Assembly: GCA_043750125.1 (NCBI GenBank)
Contig: JAYVCD010000166.1
Location: 1 to 16,560, forward strand
DNA: 16,560 nt
From: Archangiaceae bacterium
GTDB lineage: Bacteria > Myxococcota > Myxococcia > Myxococcales > Myxococcaceae
Direction: 5' to 3'
Positions within the stretch are counted from its first letter, which is position 1; every line of letters starts with the position of its first letter. Of the stretch, positions 1-8,906 are shown in pieces. The position numbers were made by a program, and so were the translations under genes. The notes beneath the pieces are model-generated. The model was not told where the DNA came from. It was given only the letters and a program-made list of their open reading frames with translations, and ran no database searches.

Positions 1-3000
1 CGGTGAAGGTGGCGGTTCCGCTGCCTTCGGTGGTGACCAGGCCCGTGACCGGAGTGACGGTGAAGCCGGCGCTGTCGTTGTCGGTGTTGCTGCCCGTCAC
101 GTCCGCGGCGTTGAAGCCGTTGTAGTTGGTGTCCGCGCTGGTCGCAGCAGCGGTGTTGATGGTGAAGGGCTGGTTTCCGTCGGCCACCGCGTCATCTGCG
201 CCCGTGACGGTGACCGTCTGCGGCGCGTTCCAGTTCGCGGGGGTGAAGACCAACGGCGCAGCAGCGACCGTCGCTTCGGTGGTGTCGTTGCTGCTCAGGC
301 CGATGCTCACGTTGCCGGTGGGCTGAGAGTTGAGGACGACGGTGAAGGTCGCCGTACCGCCGGCCTCGGTGGTGATGAGGCCCGCAAGCGGGCTGACCGT
401 GATTCCGGCGCTGTCGTTGTCGGTGTTGCTGCCCGTCACGTCCCCGGCGTTGATTCCGTTGAAGTTGGTGTCGGTGCTCACGGCGGCGGCGGTGAGGATC
501 GTGTAGCTCTGGTTTCCGTCCTGCACGGCATCGTCGACGCCGGTGACGACCACCGTCTGGGGGGCGTTCCAGTTCGAGGAAGTGAAGACCAGCGCAGCCG
601 GACTGACTGCGGCTTCCGCGGTGTCTGACGAGCTGAGCGCAACCGTGACGTTCGCGACGGGCTGGGAATTGAGGACCACGGTGAAAGTGTCCTTGCCCCC
701 CGCTTCGGTGGTGATCAGGCCGCTGGCCTTCGAAACGGTGATTCCCGCGCTGTCGTCATCGGTGTTGCTGACGCTCACGTCGGCGCCATCGAGACCGTTG
801 TACGAGCCGTCGGCGCTGGTGGCGGGAGCGGTGACCGCCAGGTAGGTCTGGTTCCCGTCCTGCACCGCGTCGTTGACGCCGGTCACGGTGACAGTCTGGG
901 GCGCGTTCCAGTTTGCGGTGGTGAAGACCAGCGACCCGGGCGAGAGGGTCCCTTCGCTGGGCTTGCTCGAGGTGAGGCCGATGGTGACGCCGGCGGTGGG
1001 CTGCGAGTTGAGCCGAACGGTGAAGGTCGCGCTGCCGCCGCTTTCGGTGGTGATCAGGCCGGCGAGCGGAGTAACGGTGATCCCGGCGGTGTCGTTGTCG
1101 GTGTTGGTCACTGACACGTCGGCGGCATTGAAGCCGGTGTAGTTCACGTCGGCGCTGGTGGCCGGCGCGGTGATGATCGAATACAGCCGAGGTCCGTCGG
1201 CGATCAGATCATCGGCGCCGGTGACCGTCACGCTCTGGGGTGCATTCCAGTTCGCGGGAGTAAACGTCACCGAGGAGACCGAGACGCCGCCTTCGGCCGT
1301 TTCGCTGCTCGAAAGACCGATGACGACGTTCGAGGTGGGCTGGGAATTGAGCACCACCGAGAACGTGGCCTGGCCACCCGCTTCGGTCGTAATCAGCCCC
1401 GCCGACGGAGTCAGCGTCACGCCGGGGGTGTCATTGTCGGTGTTGGTCACCGCGACATCGCTCGCGTTCCTCCCCGAGTAGTTCGCGTCGGTGCTCACCG
1501 CCGCACCGGTGATGATGGTGTAGGCCTTGGCCCCGTCTGCCATCGCATCGTCGACGCCGATCACCGTCACGACCTGGGGCGCGTTCCAGTTCACCGGGGT
1601 GAAGGTGAGCGAGCCGACCGAGGGGATCCCCTCGCTGACGTTGCTCGAAGAGAGTGCGATCACGACGTTCCCGGTCGGGGCCGAGTCGAGGTTCACCGAG
1701 AAGGTCGCCGTGCCTCCGCTTTCGGTGGTGACCAGGCCGGCGACGGGCGAGACGAGGATCCCCGGGGTGTCGTTGTCGGTGTTGATCCCGGTTACGTCTG
1801 CCGCGTCGAGGCCGCTGTAGTTGGTATCGGTGGTGGTCGCGGGCGCGGTGACCACGGTGTACGGCTGCGAGCCGTCGGGAATGGAATCATCAGACCCTTT
1901 CACCGTGACCGTCTGGGGCGTGGCGTAGTTGCTCGGGGTGAAGACGAGGGCGGCGGTCGACAGCGTCGCTTCGAAATTGCTGACCGAGAGGTTGATGGTC
2001 ACGCTCGCCGTCGGCTGAGAATTGAGCACCACGGTGAAGGTGGCGGTGGTGCCGAACTCGGAAGTCACCAGCCCCGAGGTGGGGCTGACGGTGATTCCCG
2101 CGCTGTCGTTGTCGTTGTTGACCACCGCCACGTCGGCGGCGTCGAGCCCGTTGTAGGCCGGGTCCGCGCTGGTCGCCGCTGCGGTGACAATCGTGTAGGG
2201 CTGGTTGCCGTCAGCAACCTGGTCGTTGACGCCGGTGACGGTCACGGTGCGCGGCGCGTTCCAGTTGGACGTGGTGAAGACCAGCGAGGACGTCGAGAGG
2301 GTGCCTTCGGTGGGCTTGCTCGAGGTGAGGTCGATGGTGACGCTGGCGGTCGGCTGGGAATTGAGCACCACGGTGAAGCTCGCCGTGCCGGCTGCCTCGG
2401 TGGTGACCAGCCCGGCCAGCGGGGTGACGGTGATTCCGGCGCTGTCGTTGTCGGTGTTGCTGACCGCGACATCGGCCGGGTCGAGCCCGTTGTAATTCGC
2501 GTCGGCGCTGGTCGCTGCCGCAGTGACAATCGTGTACGGCTGGCTGCCATCGGCGACGAGGTCATTGACGCCGGTGACCGTGACTGTGCGTGGCGCATTC
2601 CAGTTCGTGGGGGTGAAGACCAGCGCGCCCGGGGACACCGTGCCTTCGAGGGTGTTGCTCGACGAAAGGCCGAGGGTGACGTTCGCGGTGGGCTGCGAGT
2701 TGAGCACCACGGTGAAGCTGGCGGTGCCTCCGGCTTCGGTGGTGATGAGCCCGGACAAGGGCGTGACGGTGATGCCGGCGCTGTCGTTGTCGGTGTTGGT
2801 GACGCTCACGTCCGCGGCGTTGATCCCGTTGTAGGCGGCGTCCGCGCTGGTCGCCGGCGCGGTGAGAATCGTGTACGGCTGGTTGCCGTCGGCGACCGCG
2901 TCATTGACCCCGATGACGGTGACGGTGCGCGGCGCATTCCAGTTCGCAGAGGTGAAGACCAGCGACGCAGACGCAGCCGGAATCACGCCTTCGCCCACGT

Positions 3001-5160
3001 TGCTGGACGAAAGACCGATCGTGACGTTCGCGATGGGCTGCGAGTTGAGGACCACGGTGAAGCTCGCCGTGCCGCCGCCTTCGGTGGTGATGAGCCCGGT
3101 CAGCGGAGTCACGGTGATTCCCGCGCTGTCGTTGTCGGTGTTGGTGACGCTGACGTTCGCGGCGTTGATCCCCGCGTAGTTGGTGTCGGCGCTGGTCGCG
3201 ACGGCGGTGACGATCGAGTACGGCTGGTTGCCGTCAGCGACCGAATCGTTGACGCCGGTGACGGTGACCGTCTGCGGGGCGCTCCAGTTGACGGACGTGA
3301 AGACGACCGAGCTGACGGCCAGCGTTCCTTCGGTGGGGTTGCTGGACGTGAGCCCGATGGTGACGTTGGCCGTGGGCTGCGAATTGAGCACCACGGTGAA
3401 GCTCGCGCTGCCACCGCTTTCGGTGGTGACCAGGCCGGAGAGAGGGACGATCGTGATCCCCGGGCTGTCGTTGTCGGTGTTGGTGAGGGCCACATCGCTG
3501 GGGTTGATTCCGTTGTAGCCGGTGTCGGCGCTGACGGCCGGCGCGGTGATGGCCGAGTAGCTCTGGCTTCCATCGGCCACCGAGTCGTTGACGCCGGTCA
3601 CCGTCACCGTCTGGGGGGCGTTCCAGTTGGCGGTGGTGAAGATCAGCGACGCGGGCGAGAGGGTGCCTTCGCTGGGCTTGCTCGAGGTGAGGCCGATGGT
3701 GACGCTGGCCGTGGGCTGCGAGTTGAGCCGAACGGTGAAGGTCGCGCTGCCGCCGCTTTCGGTGGTGACCAGACCGGTGGTCGGACTGACGGTGATCCCG
3801 GGCGAATCGTTGTCGGTGTTGGTGACCGCGACATCGGCCGGGTCGACCCCGGCGTATTTGGCGTCGGCGCTGGTGGCCGCGGCGGTGATGACCGAATAGA
3901 CCTGAGGTCCATCGGCGATGGCGTCGTTCACCCCGGTGACGGTGACCGTCTGGGGGGCGTTCCAGTTGGCGGGGGTGAAGACCAGGGACGCGGGCGAGAC
4001 GGTGCCTTCGGCGGGGTTGCTCGACGTGAGGCCGATGGTCACGGACGCGGTGGGCTGGGTGTTGAGGACCACGGAGAAGGTGGCGGTGCCCCCGCCTTCG
4101 GTGGTGACCAGGCCCGTGACCGGAGTGACGGTGACGCCGGGCGAGTCGTTGTCGGTGTTGGTGAGGGCGACATCGGCGGCGTCGAGGCCCGCGTACCGGG
4201 TGTCGGTGCTGGTCGCCGCGGCGGTGAGGATCTTGTACGGCTGGTTCCCGTCGGCAACCAGGTCGTCGACGCCGGTGACGGTGACCGTCTGGGGCGCGTT
4301 CCAGTTCAAAGGGGTGAAGGTCAGCGCAGCGGGTGAGACGGTGCCTTCGGTGACAGCGCTCGAGCTCAAGCCGATGGTGACGTTGGCAGTGGGTTGGGTG
4401 TTGAGCACCAGCGTGAACGTCGCGGCGCCGCCTGCTTCGGTGGTGGTGAGGCCGGTGGTGGGAGTGACGGTCGCTCCGGCGGTGTCGTTGTCGGTGTTGG
4501 TGACCGAGACATCTGCCGGGTCGACGCCGCTGTAACCCAGGTCGGTGCTGACTGCGGGCGCGGTGAGAATCGTATACGTCTGGGGACCATCGGCGCGGGA
4601 GTCATCGATTCCGGTGACCGTCACCACCTGGGGGGCGTTCCAGTTTGCGGGGGTGAAGACCAGCAAGGCCGGACCGACCGTACCCTCGGTGGGCAGACTC
4701 GAAGTCAGCTCGACGCTGACATCGGAAGAAGGCTGGGAATTGAGCACCACGGTGAAGGTGGCGGTACCTCCGCCTTCGGTGGTGGTCAGGCCGGTCGTGG
4801 GGCTGACGGTGAGGCCCGGGCTGTCGTCGTCGATGTTCGAAAGCGACACGTCGTCGGCGTTGAGCCCGCTGTAGTTTTTGTCGGTGCTCGTCGCCGGAGC
4901 GGTGATGATCTTGTAGCTCTGGGCTCCGTCGACGAGCGTATCGTCGACGCCGGTGACGGTGATCGTCTGGGGCGCGTTCCAATTTTCGGTGGTGAAGATC
5001 ACCGAGGCCGCCGAGACCTTCCCTTCCTTGACGTTGCTGCTCGAAATCGGAACCGTTACGTCGCTGCCCGGCTTCGACAACAGCACCATCTTGAAGGTCG
5101 CTGTGCCGCCTGCTTCGGTCGTCGTCAGCCCGGCCATCGAGTCGACCGAAATTCCGACCG
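1..5160 (-). repeat. Intragenic tandem array: 15 complete ~339-bp (113-aa) units plus a partial 16th
   Basis: The NTDND-type boundary motif (gtcgttgtcggtgtt on +, with variants) recurs at 74, 413, 752, 1091, 1430, 1769, 2105, 2444, 2783, 3128, 3467, 3806, 4145, 4484 and 4823. Spacing is 339 bp except one 336 and one 345. Confidence 0.95.
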
Positions 5161-5233
5161 TTCCGCCGCCGCTGCAGTCACAGCCGGCAACACTCATGCA
5201 GAACGCAGCAGCGACAATCAGTCTTTTCGTCAT
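1..5233 (-). CDS. Giant repetitive surface lipoprotein / putative adhesin with tandem Calx-beta/Ig-like domains (3'-partial, >=1744 aa)
   Basis: Hand-translated from ATG at 5233: MTKRLIVAAAFCMSVAGCDCSGGGTVGISVDSMAGLTTTEAGGTATF..., a signal peptide with lipobox VAG-C. An RBS-like AAGGGGGA lies upstream. The same frame is still open at position 2 (...EGSGTATFT). All repeat spacings are multiples of 3, and the ORF track lists no stop-terminated ORF in this frame. The repeat motif FT..NWNAPQTVTVTGVDD...DG...NTDND resembles Calx-beta-like domains. Confidence 0.92.
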   Translation of the reverse strand, partial: MTKRLIVAAAFCMSVAGCDCSGGGTVGISVDSMAGLTTTEAGGTATFKMVLLSKPGSDVTVPISSSNVKEGKVSAASVIFTTENWNAPQTITVTGVDDTLVDGAQSYKIITAPATSTDKNYSGLNADDVSLSNIDDDSPGLTVSPTTGLTTTEGGGTATFTVVLNSQPSSDVSVELTSSLPTEGTVGPALLVFTPANWNAPQVVTVTGIDDSRADGPQTYTILTAPAVSTDLGYSGVDPADVSVTNTDNDTAGATVTPTTGLTTTEAGGAATFTLVLNTQPTANVTIGLSSSAVTEGTVSPAALTFTPLNWNAPQTVTVTGVDDLVADGNQPYKILTAAATSTDTRYAGLDAADVALTNTDNDSPGVTVTPVTGLVTTEGGGTATFSVVLNTQPTASVTIGLTSSNPAEGTVSPASLVFTPANWNAPQTVTVTGVNDAIADGPQVYSVITAAATSADAKYAGVDPADVAVTNTDNDSPGITVSPTTGLVTTESGGSATFTVRLNSQPTASVTIGLTSSKPSEGTLSPASLIFTTANWNAPQTVTVTGVNDSVADGSQSYSAITAPAVSADTGYNGINPSDVALTNTDNDSPGITIVPLSGLVTTESGGSASFTVVLNSQPTANVTIGLTSSNPTEGTLAVSSVVFTSVNWSAPQTVTVTGVNDSVADGNQPYSIVTAVATSADTNYAGINAANVSVTNTDNDSAGITVTPLTGLITTEGGGTASFTVVLNSQPIANVTIGLSSSNVGEGVIPAASASLVFTSANWNAPRTVTVIGVNDAVADGNQPYTILTAPATSADAAYNGINAADVSVTNTDNDSAGITVTPLSGLITTEAGGTASFTVVLNSQPTANVTLGLSSSNTLEGTVSPGALVFTPTNWNAPRTVTVTGVNDLVADGSQPYTIVTAAATSADANYNGLDPADVAVSNTDNDSAGITVTPLAGLVTTEAAGTASFTVVLNSQPTASVTIDLTSSKPTEGTLSTSSLVFTTSNWNAPRTVTVTGVNDQVADGNQPYTIVTAAATSADPAYNGLDAADVAVVNNDNDSAGITVSPTSGLVTSEFGTTATFTVVLNSQPTASVTINLSVSNFEATLSTAALVFTPSNYATPQTVTVKGSDDSIPDGSQPYTVVTAPATTTDTNYSGLDAADVTGINTDNDTPGILVSPVAGLVTTESGGTATFSVNLDSAPTGNVVIALSSSNVSEGIPSVGSLTFTPVNWNAPQVVTVIGVDDAMADGAKAYTIITGAAVSTDANYSGRNASDVAVTNTDNDTPGVTLTPSAGLITTEAGGQATFSVVLNSQPTSNVVIGLSSSETAEGGVSVSSVTFTPANWNAPQSVTVTGADDLIADGPRLYSIITAPATSADVNYTGFNAADVSVTNTDNDTAGITVTPLAGLITTESGGSATFTVRLNSQPTAGVTIGLTSSKPSEGTLSPGSLVFTTANWNAPQTVTVTGVNDAVQDGNQTYLAVTAPATSADGSYNGLDGADVSVSNTDDDSAGITVSKASGLITTEAGGKDTFTVVLNSQPVANVTVALSSSDTAEAAVSPAALVFTSSNWNAPQTVVVTGVDDAVQDGNQSYTILTAAAVSTDTNFNGINAGDVTGSNTDNDSAGITVSPLAGLITTEAGGTATFTVVLNSQPTGNVSIGLSSNDTTEATVAAAPLVFTPANWNAPQTVTVTGADDAVADGNQPFTINTAAATSADTNYNGFNAADVTGSNTDNDSAGFTVTPVTGLVTTEGSGTATFT

Positions 5234-5413
5234 GTTTGGGTGTCCCCCTTGGACAGTTACGGCAAAAAAGTGCCGCATTAATATCTGCCAATCCGCACAA
5301 ACCAAACTGGAACTTTGAAGGCCCTACGAAGCTTACAGCGCACGAAATATGCGCCCCGCGGTCGCGAGGGTCGCAAACGGGCGCAAGCGGTGGGGCCGAT
5401 TCCTCGCACGTAG

Positions 5414-7411
5414 ATGCTGCGTTTGGCTCGGCGCGCGTGGCATGAAGCGGCGGCTCTGAGTCACTGTGAAGCCATCGGCGGCTGCGTCGCCATTCCCGTC
5501 TTCAACCATGCCCGCACAGTGGGGGAAGTGGTGCGCGGTTCGAGGGCGTGGGCGCACACTGTGCTGGTCTGCGACGACGGCTCGACCGACGATTCGGGGG
5601 CCCAGGCGCAAGCGGCCGGAGCCGAGCTGCTCACCCACCCGGTGAACCGGGGAAAGGGAGCCGCGCTGCGCACGCTGCTCGCAGAGGCGTCTCGGCGCGG
5701 CTTTCGTTACGTCATCTGCCTCGACGCGGACGGCCAGCACTACCCGACGGACATTCCGAAGCTGGTCGACGCGGTCAAGCAGCAGCCGGGGTCGATCGTG
5801 ATTGGCGCCCGAGATCTTATCGCCGCCCAAGCGCCACCTTCGTCCGAGTTCGGGCGGAAGTTCTCGAACTTCTGGATCTGGCTTGAAGGAGGCCAGAGCC
5901 TCGAAGACACCCAGAGCGGCTTTCGCGCCTACCCCCTTCCCGAGACGCTGGCGTTGATGGGCTCGCGCAACCGGTATGACTTCGAGGTCGAAGTGCTGCT
6001 GCGGGCCGCGTGGGCCGGAGTGCCTTTGGCCTCGACGAAGATCGACGTGCTGTACCCGGAAAATCGAATCACCCATTACCGGCAGTTCGCCGACAACGCG
6101 CGGACGTCGATCCTCAACATCGTCACCATCATCCGCTTGTTTCTGCCGCTGCCGATGGCGCCCTTGCTGCACCAGCGTTCGCGCAAGCCGGGGCTGTCGC
6201 TGGACGCGATTCGCCGGTGGTTCTGGCTGGGGGGGCCGGGCCCGGTGTGGCGCTCGATCGCCGCGATTCTCGCGTTGTTCGGGGGGTGGGGAATTCTAGC
6301 GTCGGCCGCGATTGGAACGGGCGCGCTGCCGAGCTTGCTCGCCTGGGCCGGGCTGCGCGCGCTGCGCGATCACACCGAAATGGCGGAAGGTGCAGCGGTC
6401 GCGGTGGCCTTCACCTTTGGCGTGCTCGAGGCGCTGTTCCGCAAGCGAATCATCGCGCGCGCCGAGCTGGCTTCCGCGCGCAAGTGGGACGGAAAAAGCA
6501 AAAGCGGCGCGGCGGGCTACCTCTTCTTCGTGACGCTGTTCAAGGTGCTCGGGCGCTGGCCGGCCAACCTGGTTCTGTATTTCGTCGCCGCCTGGTTCCT
6601 GCTGCGTTCGGGCGAGGCGCGGCGGGCGTCTTTGCAGTTTCTCGACCGCGCGATGGGCCCTGCGACCGGCCTTGCGGCGCTGACCCGTACCTACCGGCAC
6701 CTGCTCGCCTTCGCCCACACCCTGGTCGATCGCGTGGAGCTCGGGGTCGAGGGCCCGGAGAAGTTCTCTCGCGTTTCTGAGCACGGAGTCGGGGAGCTGC
6801 TCGATTCGAGCGCAGGACCCAAGGGCTCGATTCTTCTCACCGCGCACCTGGGCAGCTGGGAGCTCGCGTCGGGGCTGCTCGGCTCACGGCTCAAAGCGCC
6901 GTTCGACATCGTCGCGTACGACGGCGAAGAGCCACAGGTTCGCGCCGCGATCGAGCGCAGCAGTGAGAAGTTCAAGCCGAACATCTTGCTGGTGGGCAAA
7001 GGCGAGCTGGCGGCGCTGGACATTCTGCGCGCCCTGCGGGCGGGACACATGGTCGCGCTTCAAGGCGACCGCACGCTCGACGAACGAACGGTCGAGGTCG
7101 ACTTTCTGGGTCACCCCGCACATTTCCCGGTCGGCCCCTTCGTCATCGCTGCGCTGTCCGGGGCGACGGTGGTCCCGGCCTTCAACATTCGAATCGCGCC
7201 GTACCAATACGAGTTCTTCGCGTTCGAGCCGACGACGTATGCGTTCGATCGCAGCCGAAACAAGAATGAACAGCTGACCGAATGGGTTCAGGCCTACGTG
7301 CGAAAGGTCGAGCAACTGGTGAGCAAGCACCCCTTCCAGTGGTTCAACTTCTTCGATTTCTGGGCTCGCCCCGCTCCCCCGGCCGAGCCGTCACGGGTTT
7401 CGCCTCGATGA
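5414..7411 (+). CDS. Fusion protein: GT2 glycosyltransferase + hydrophobic linker + LpxL/LPLAT-family acyltransferase (ApeJ-like)
   Basis: GT2 motifs: IPVFN, DDGSTD, NRGKGAAL, LDADGQH, DTQSGFRAYP. A central hydrophobic segment follows. C-terminal acyltransferase motifs: LLTAHLGSWE, LQGDR, FLG..A.FP.GPF, HPFQWFNFFDFW. The exact start is uncertain. Confidence 0.9.
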   Translation: MLRLARRAWHEAAALSHCEAIGGCVAIPVFNHARTVGEVVRGSRAWAHTVLVCDDGSTDDSGAQAQAAGAELLTHPVNRGKGAALRTLLAEASRRGFRYVICLDADGQHYPTDIPKLVDAVKQQPGSIVIGARDLIAAQAPPSSEFGRKFSNFWIWLEGGQSLEDTQSGFRAYPLPETLALMGSRNRYDFEVEVLLRAAWAGVPLASTKIDVLYPENRITHYRQFADNARTSILNIVTIIRLFLPLPMAPLLHQRSRKPGLSLDAIRRWFWLGGPGPVWRSIAAILALFGGWGILASAAIGTGALPSLLAWAGLRALRDHTEMAEGAAVAVAFTFGVLEALFRKRIIARAELASARKWDGKSKSGAAGYLFFVTLFKVLGRWPANLVLYFVAAWFLLRSGEARRASLQFLDRAMGPATGLAALTRTYRHLLAFAHTLVDRVELGVEGPEKFSRVSEHGVGELLDSSAGPKGSILLTAHLGSWELASGLLGSRLKAPFDIVAYDGEEPQVRAAIERSSEKFKPNILLVGKGELAALDILRALRAGHMVALQGDRTLDERTVEVDFLGHPAHFPVGPFVIAALSGATVVPAFNIRIAPYQYEFFAFEPTTYAFDRSRNKNEQLTEWVQAYVRKVEQLVSKHPFQWFNFFDFWARPAPPAEPSRVSPR

Positions 7412-7962
7412 AAACGGACCCCGCCGAATGGAAGAAGGTCGCCCAGTAGCCGCCGCTGGACTTCGAGATCTTCAAGCTGCACCAGCTGCAAGCGGCCTCA
7501 CCGGTCGACGGAAAGATCCACCCCCGGGTCTTCCTCGAGTGCACCGACTGGGTGAACGTGATTCCGGTGACCGGCGACGGGCAGCTGGTGATGATCCGGC
7601 AGTTTCGTTTCGGGACCTGGTCGGTGACGCTCGAAATTCCCGGAGGGATGATCGACGAAGGCGAAGAGCCCGCGGTCGCCGGCGCTCGCGAGCTCGAGGA
7701 AGAGACGGGCTACCGGGCGGGGCGGCTGATCTCTTTGGGCTGGTGTCACCCCAACCCTGCCCTGCTCACCAACCGGCTGCACTGCTTCCTCGCGCTCGAT
7801 TGTGAGCCGGTGCACGCAGGAGCCCCGGACGAGGGCGAAGACATCGGGGTCGAGCTTCACTCTCGCGCGCGGGTGCAGCAGTTGCTGCGCGAGGGGCAAA
7901 TCACCCACTGTGCGGTGATCACCGCGTTCTACCTCGAGCAGCTCCGGGGACCGGGGCGCTGA
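7408..7962 (+). pseudogene. NUDIX hydrolase (ADP-ribose pyrophosphatase/NudF-like) with an in-frame TAG at 7447-7449
   Basis: ATG 7408 overlaps the upstream TGA (ATGA). The frame reads MKTDPAEWKKVAQ*PPLDFEIFKLHQLQAASPVDGKIHPRVFLECTDWVNVIPV... and continues into the 7552-7962 ORF, which carries an intact Nudix box GGMIDEGEEPAVAGARELEEETGY. Confidence 0.75.
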
Positions 7963-7979
7963 ACAGCCGCCGGCCCGCG

Positions 7980-8906
7980 CTACTTCGCAGCCGCGACCGG
8001 CATCTCGAACAGCTTCACCACCACCCCGTCGGCCACCGCGACCAGCGACTTGTCGGGCGAGATCGCCACGAAGCCCACCCGTTCGATCGGAAACTTCCGC
8101 AGCAGCGTGCGGGTCGCGGCGTCGTAAATTCGCACCCACTTGTCTTCCGATGCGGCCGCGAAGATCGAACCGTCTGCGCTCAAGGCGATCGACGAGATGC
8201 CCTTCGTCGCTCCCGAGAAGCTGCCGACGTTGGCGCCCGTGACCGCGTCGGACACGGTGACCTCTTTGTCGCTGCCGCTGTAGAGGAACAGTTGCTTCGC
8301 GTCGGCGGCCAGCAGGCTCGAAGTGGGCCGGGTGCCCTTGAGCTCTTTTTTCTGCTTCCCGTCGCGGGAGTCGTATTCGAGCAGCGCGCCGGCCTTGTTC
8401 ACCCCGAAGATCGCCTTTCCGTCCTTGCTGAATTCAGGCGTTCGAACCCGCACCTCGTAGAGCTCTTTGCCGTCTGCGACCGCGAAGACTTCGCTGGTGC
8501 CGCTGATTCCTCCTGCGGCGAGCAGCTTGCCATCGGGGCTGAAGGCCACGTGGGCGATGGGCTCGGCGTTGTGCATCACCCGCACCGCTTTCCCGTCGGG
8601 CAGCGACCAGAGGTTGAGGGTCAGCCCGGCGTCGCCCGCGGCGAGAAGCTTTCCATCGGGGCTGAAGGCGATGGACGAGATGCCGTCTTTCGGGCCGACG
8701 AGCTTGAGCAACTCGGTGCCGGTGGCGACGTTCCAGATCCGTACGGTTTTGTCGAAGCCGCCGGAAGCAGCCGTCTTGCCATCGGGCGAAAACGCCACCG
8801 CGATCACCGTGGCGGTGTGCCCCGACATCGCTCGCGGCCCCCCGGGCAACAAGGAACGGTCGACCGGGGCGGCGCAGACCAGGACGGCCAGCAGCAGCGC
8901 GGTCAC
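7980..8906 (-). CDS. Secreted WD40-repeat (beta-propeller) protein
   Basis: GHTATVIAVAFSPDGK..ASGGFDKTVRIWN and repeated AFSPDGK units. Hydrophobic N-terminus MTALLLAVLVCAAP. The GTG start overlaps the moaC TGA. Confidence 0.9.
   Translation of the reverse strand: MTALLLAVLVCAAPVDRSLLPGGPRAMSGHTATVIAVAFSPDGKTAASGGFDKTVRIWNVATGTELLKLVGPKDGISSIAFSPDGKLLAAGDAGLTLNLWSLPDGKAVRVMHNAEPIAHVAFSPDGKLLAAGGISGTSEVFAVADGKELYEVRVRTPEFSKDGKAIFGVNKAGALLEYDSRDGKQKKELKGTRPTSSLLAADAKQLFLYSGSDKEVTVSDAVTGANVGSFSGATKGISSIALSADGSIFAAASEDKWVRIYDAATRTLLRKFPIERVGFVAISPDKSLVAVADGVVVKLFEMPVAAAK

Noticed and set aside
1..5160. Possible CRISPR array or DGR template/variable repeat pair
   Set aside because: Units are ~339-bp coding repeats with no unique spacers. 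No cas or reverse transcriptase gene is in the window, and the mismatches between the near-identical patches are not adenine-specific.
5276..5292. Second sigma54-like motif TGGCAGATATTAATGC on the minus strand
   Set aside because: Spacing is GG-N11-GC rather than the required N10, and the -12 element is weak.
126..5318. Many ~100-aa plus-strand ORFs (MTPVTVTVWGAFQ...) repeating every ~339 bp, and short minus-strand ORFs in other frames
   Set aside because: They are antisense or off-frame shadows of the repeat lipoprotein. Their periodic stops correspond to conserved Tyr codons on the coding strand.
7552..7962. NUDIX gene starting at GTG 7552 as in the ORF track
   Set aside because: It lacks the N-terminal region, which is present in frame upstream to the coupled ATG at 7408.
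7963..7979. Bidirectional terminator between the convergent NUDIX and WD40 genes
   Set aside because: The gap is only 17 bp, with no convincing stem plus U-tract.
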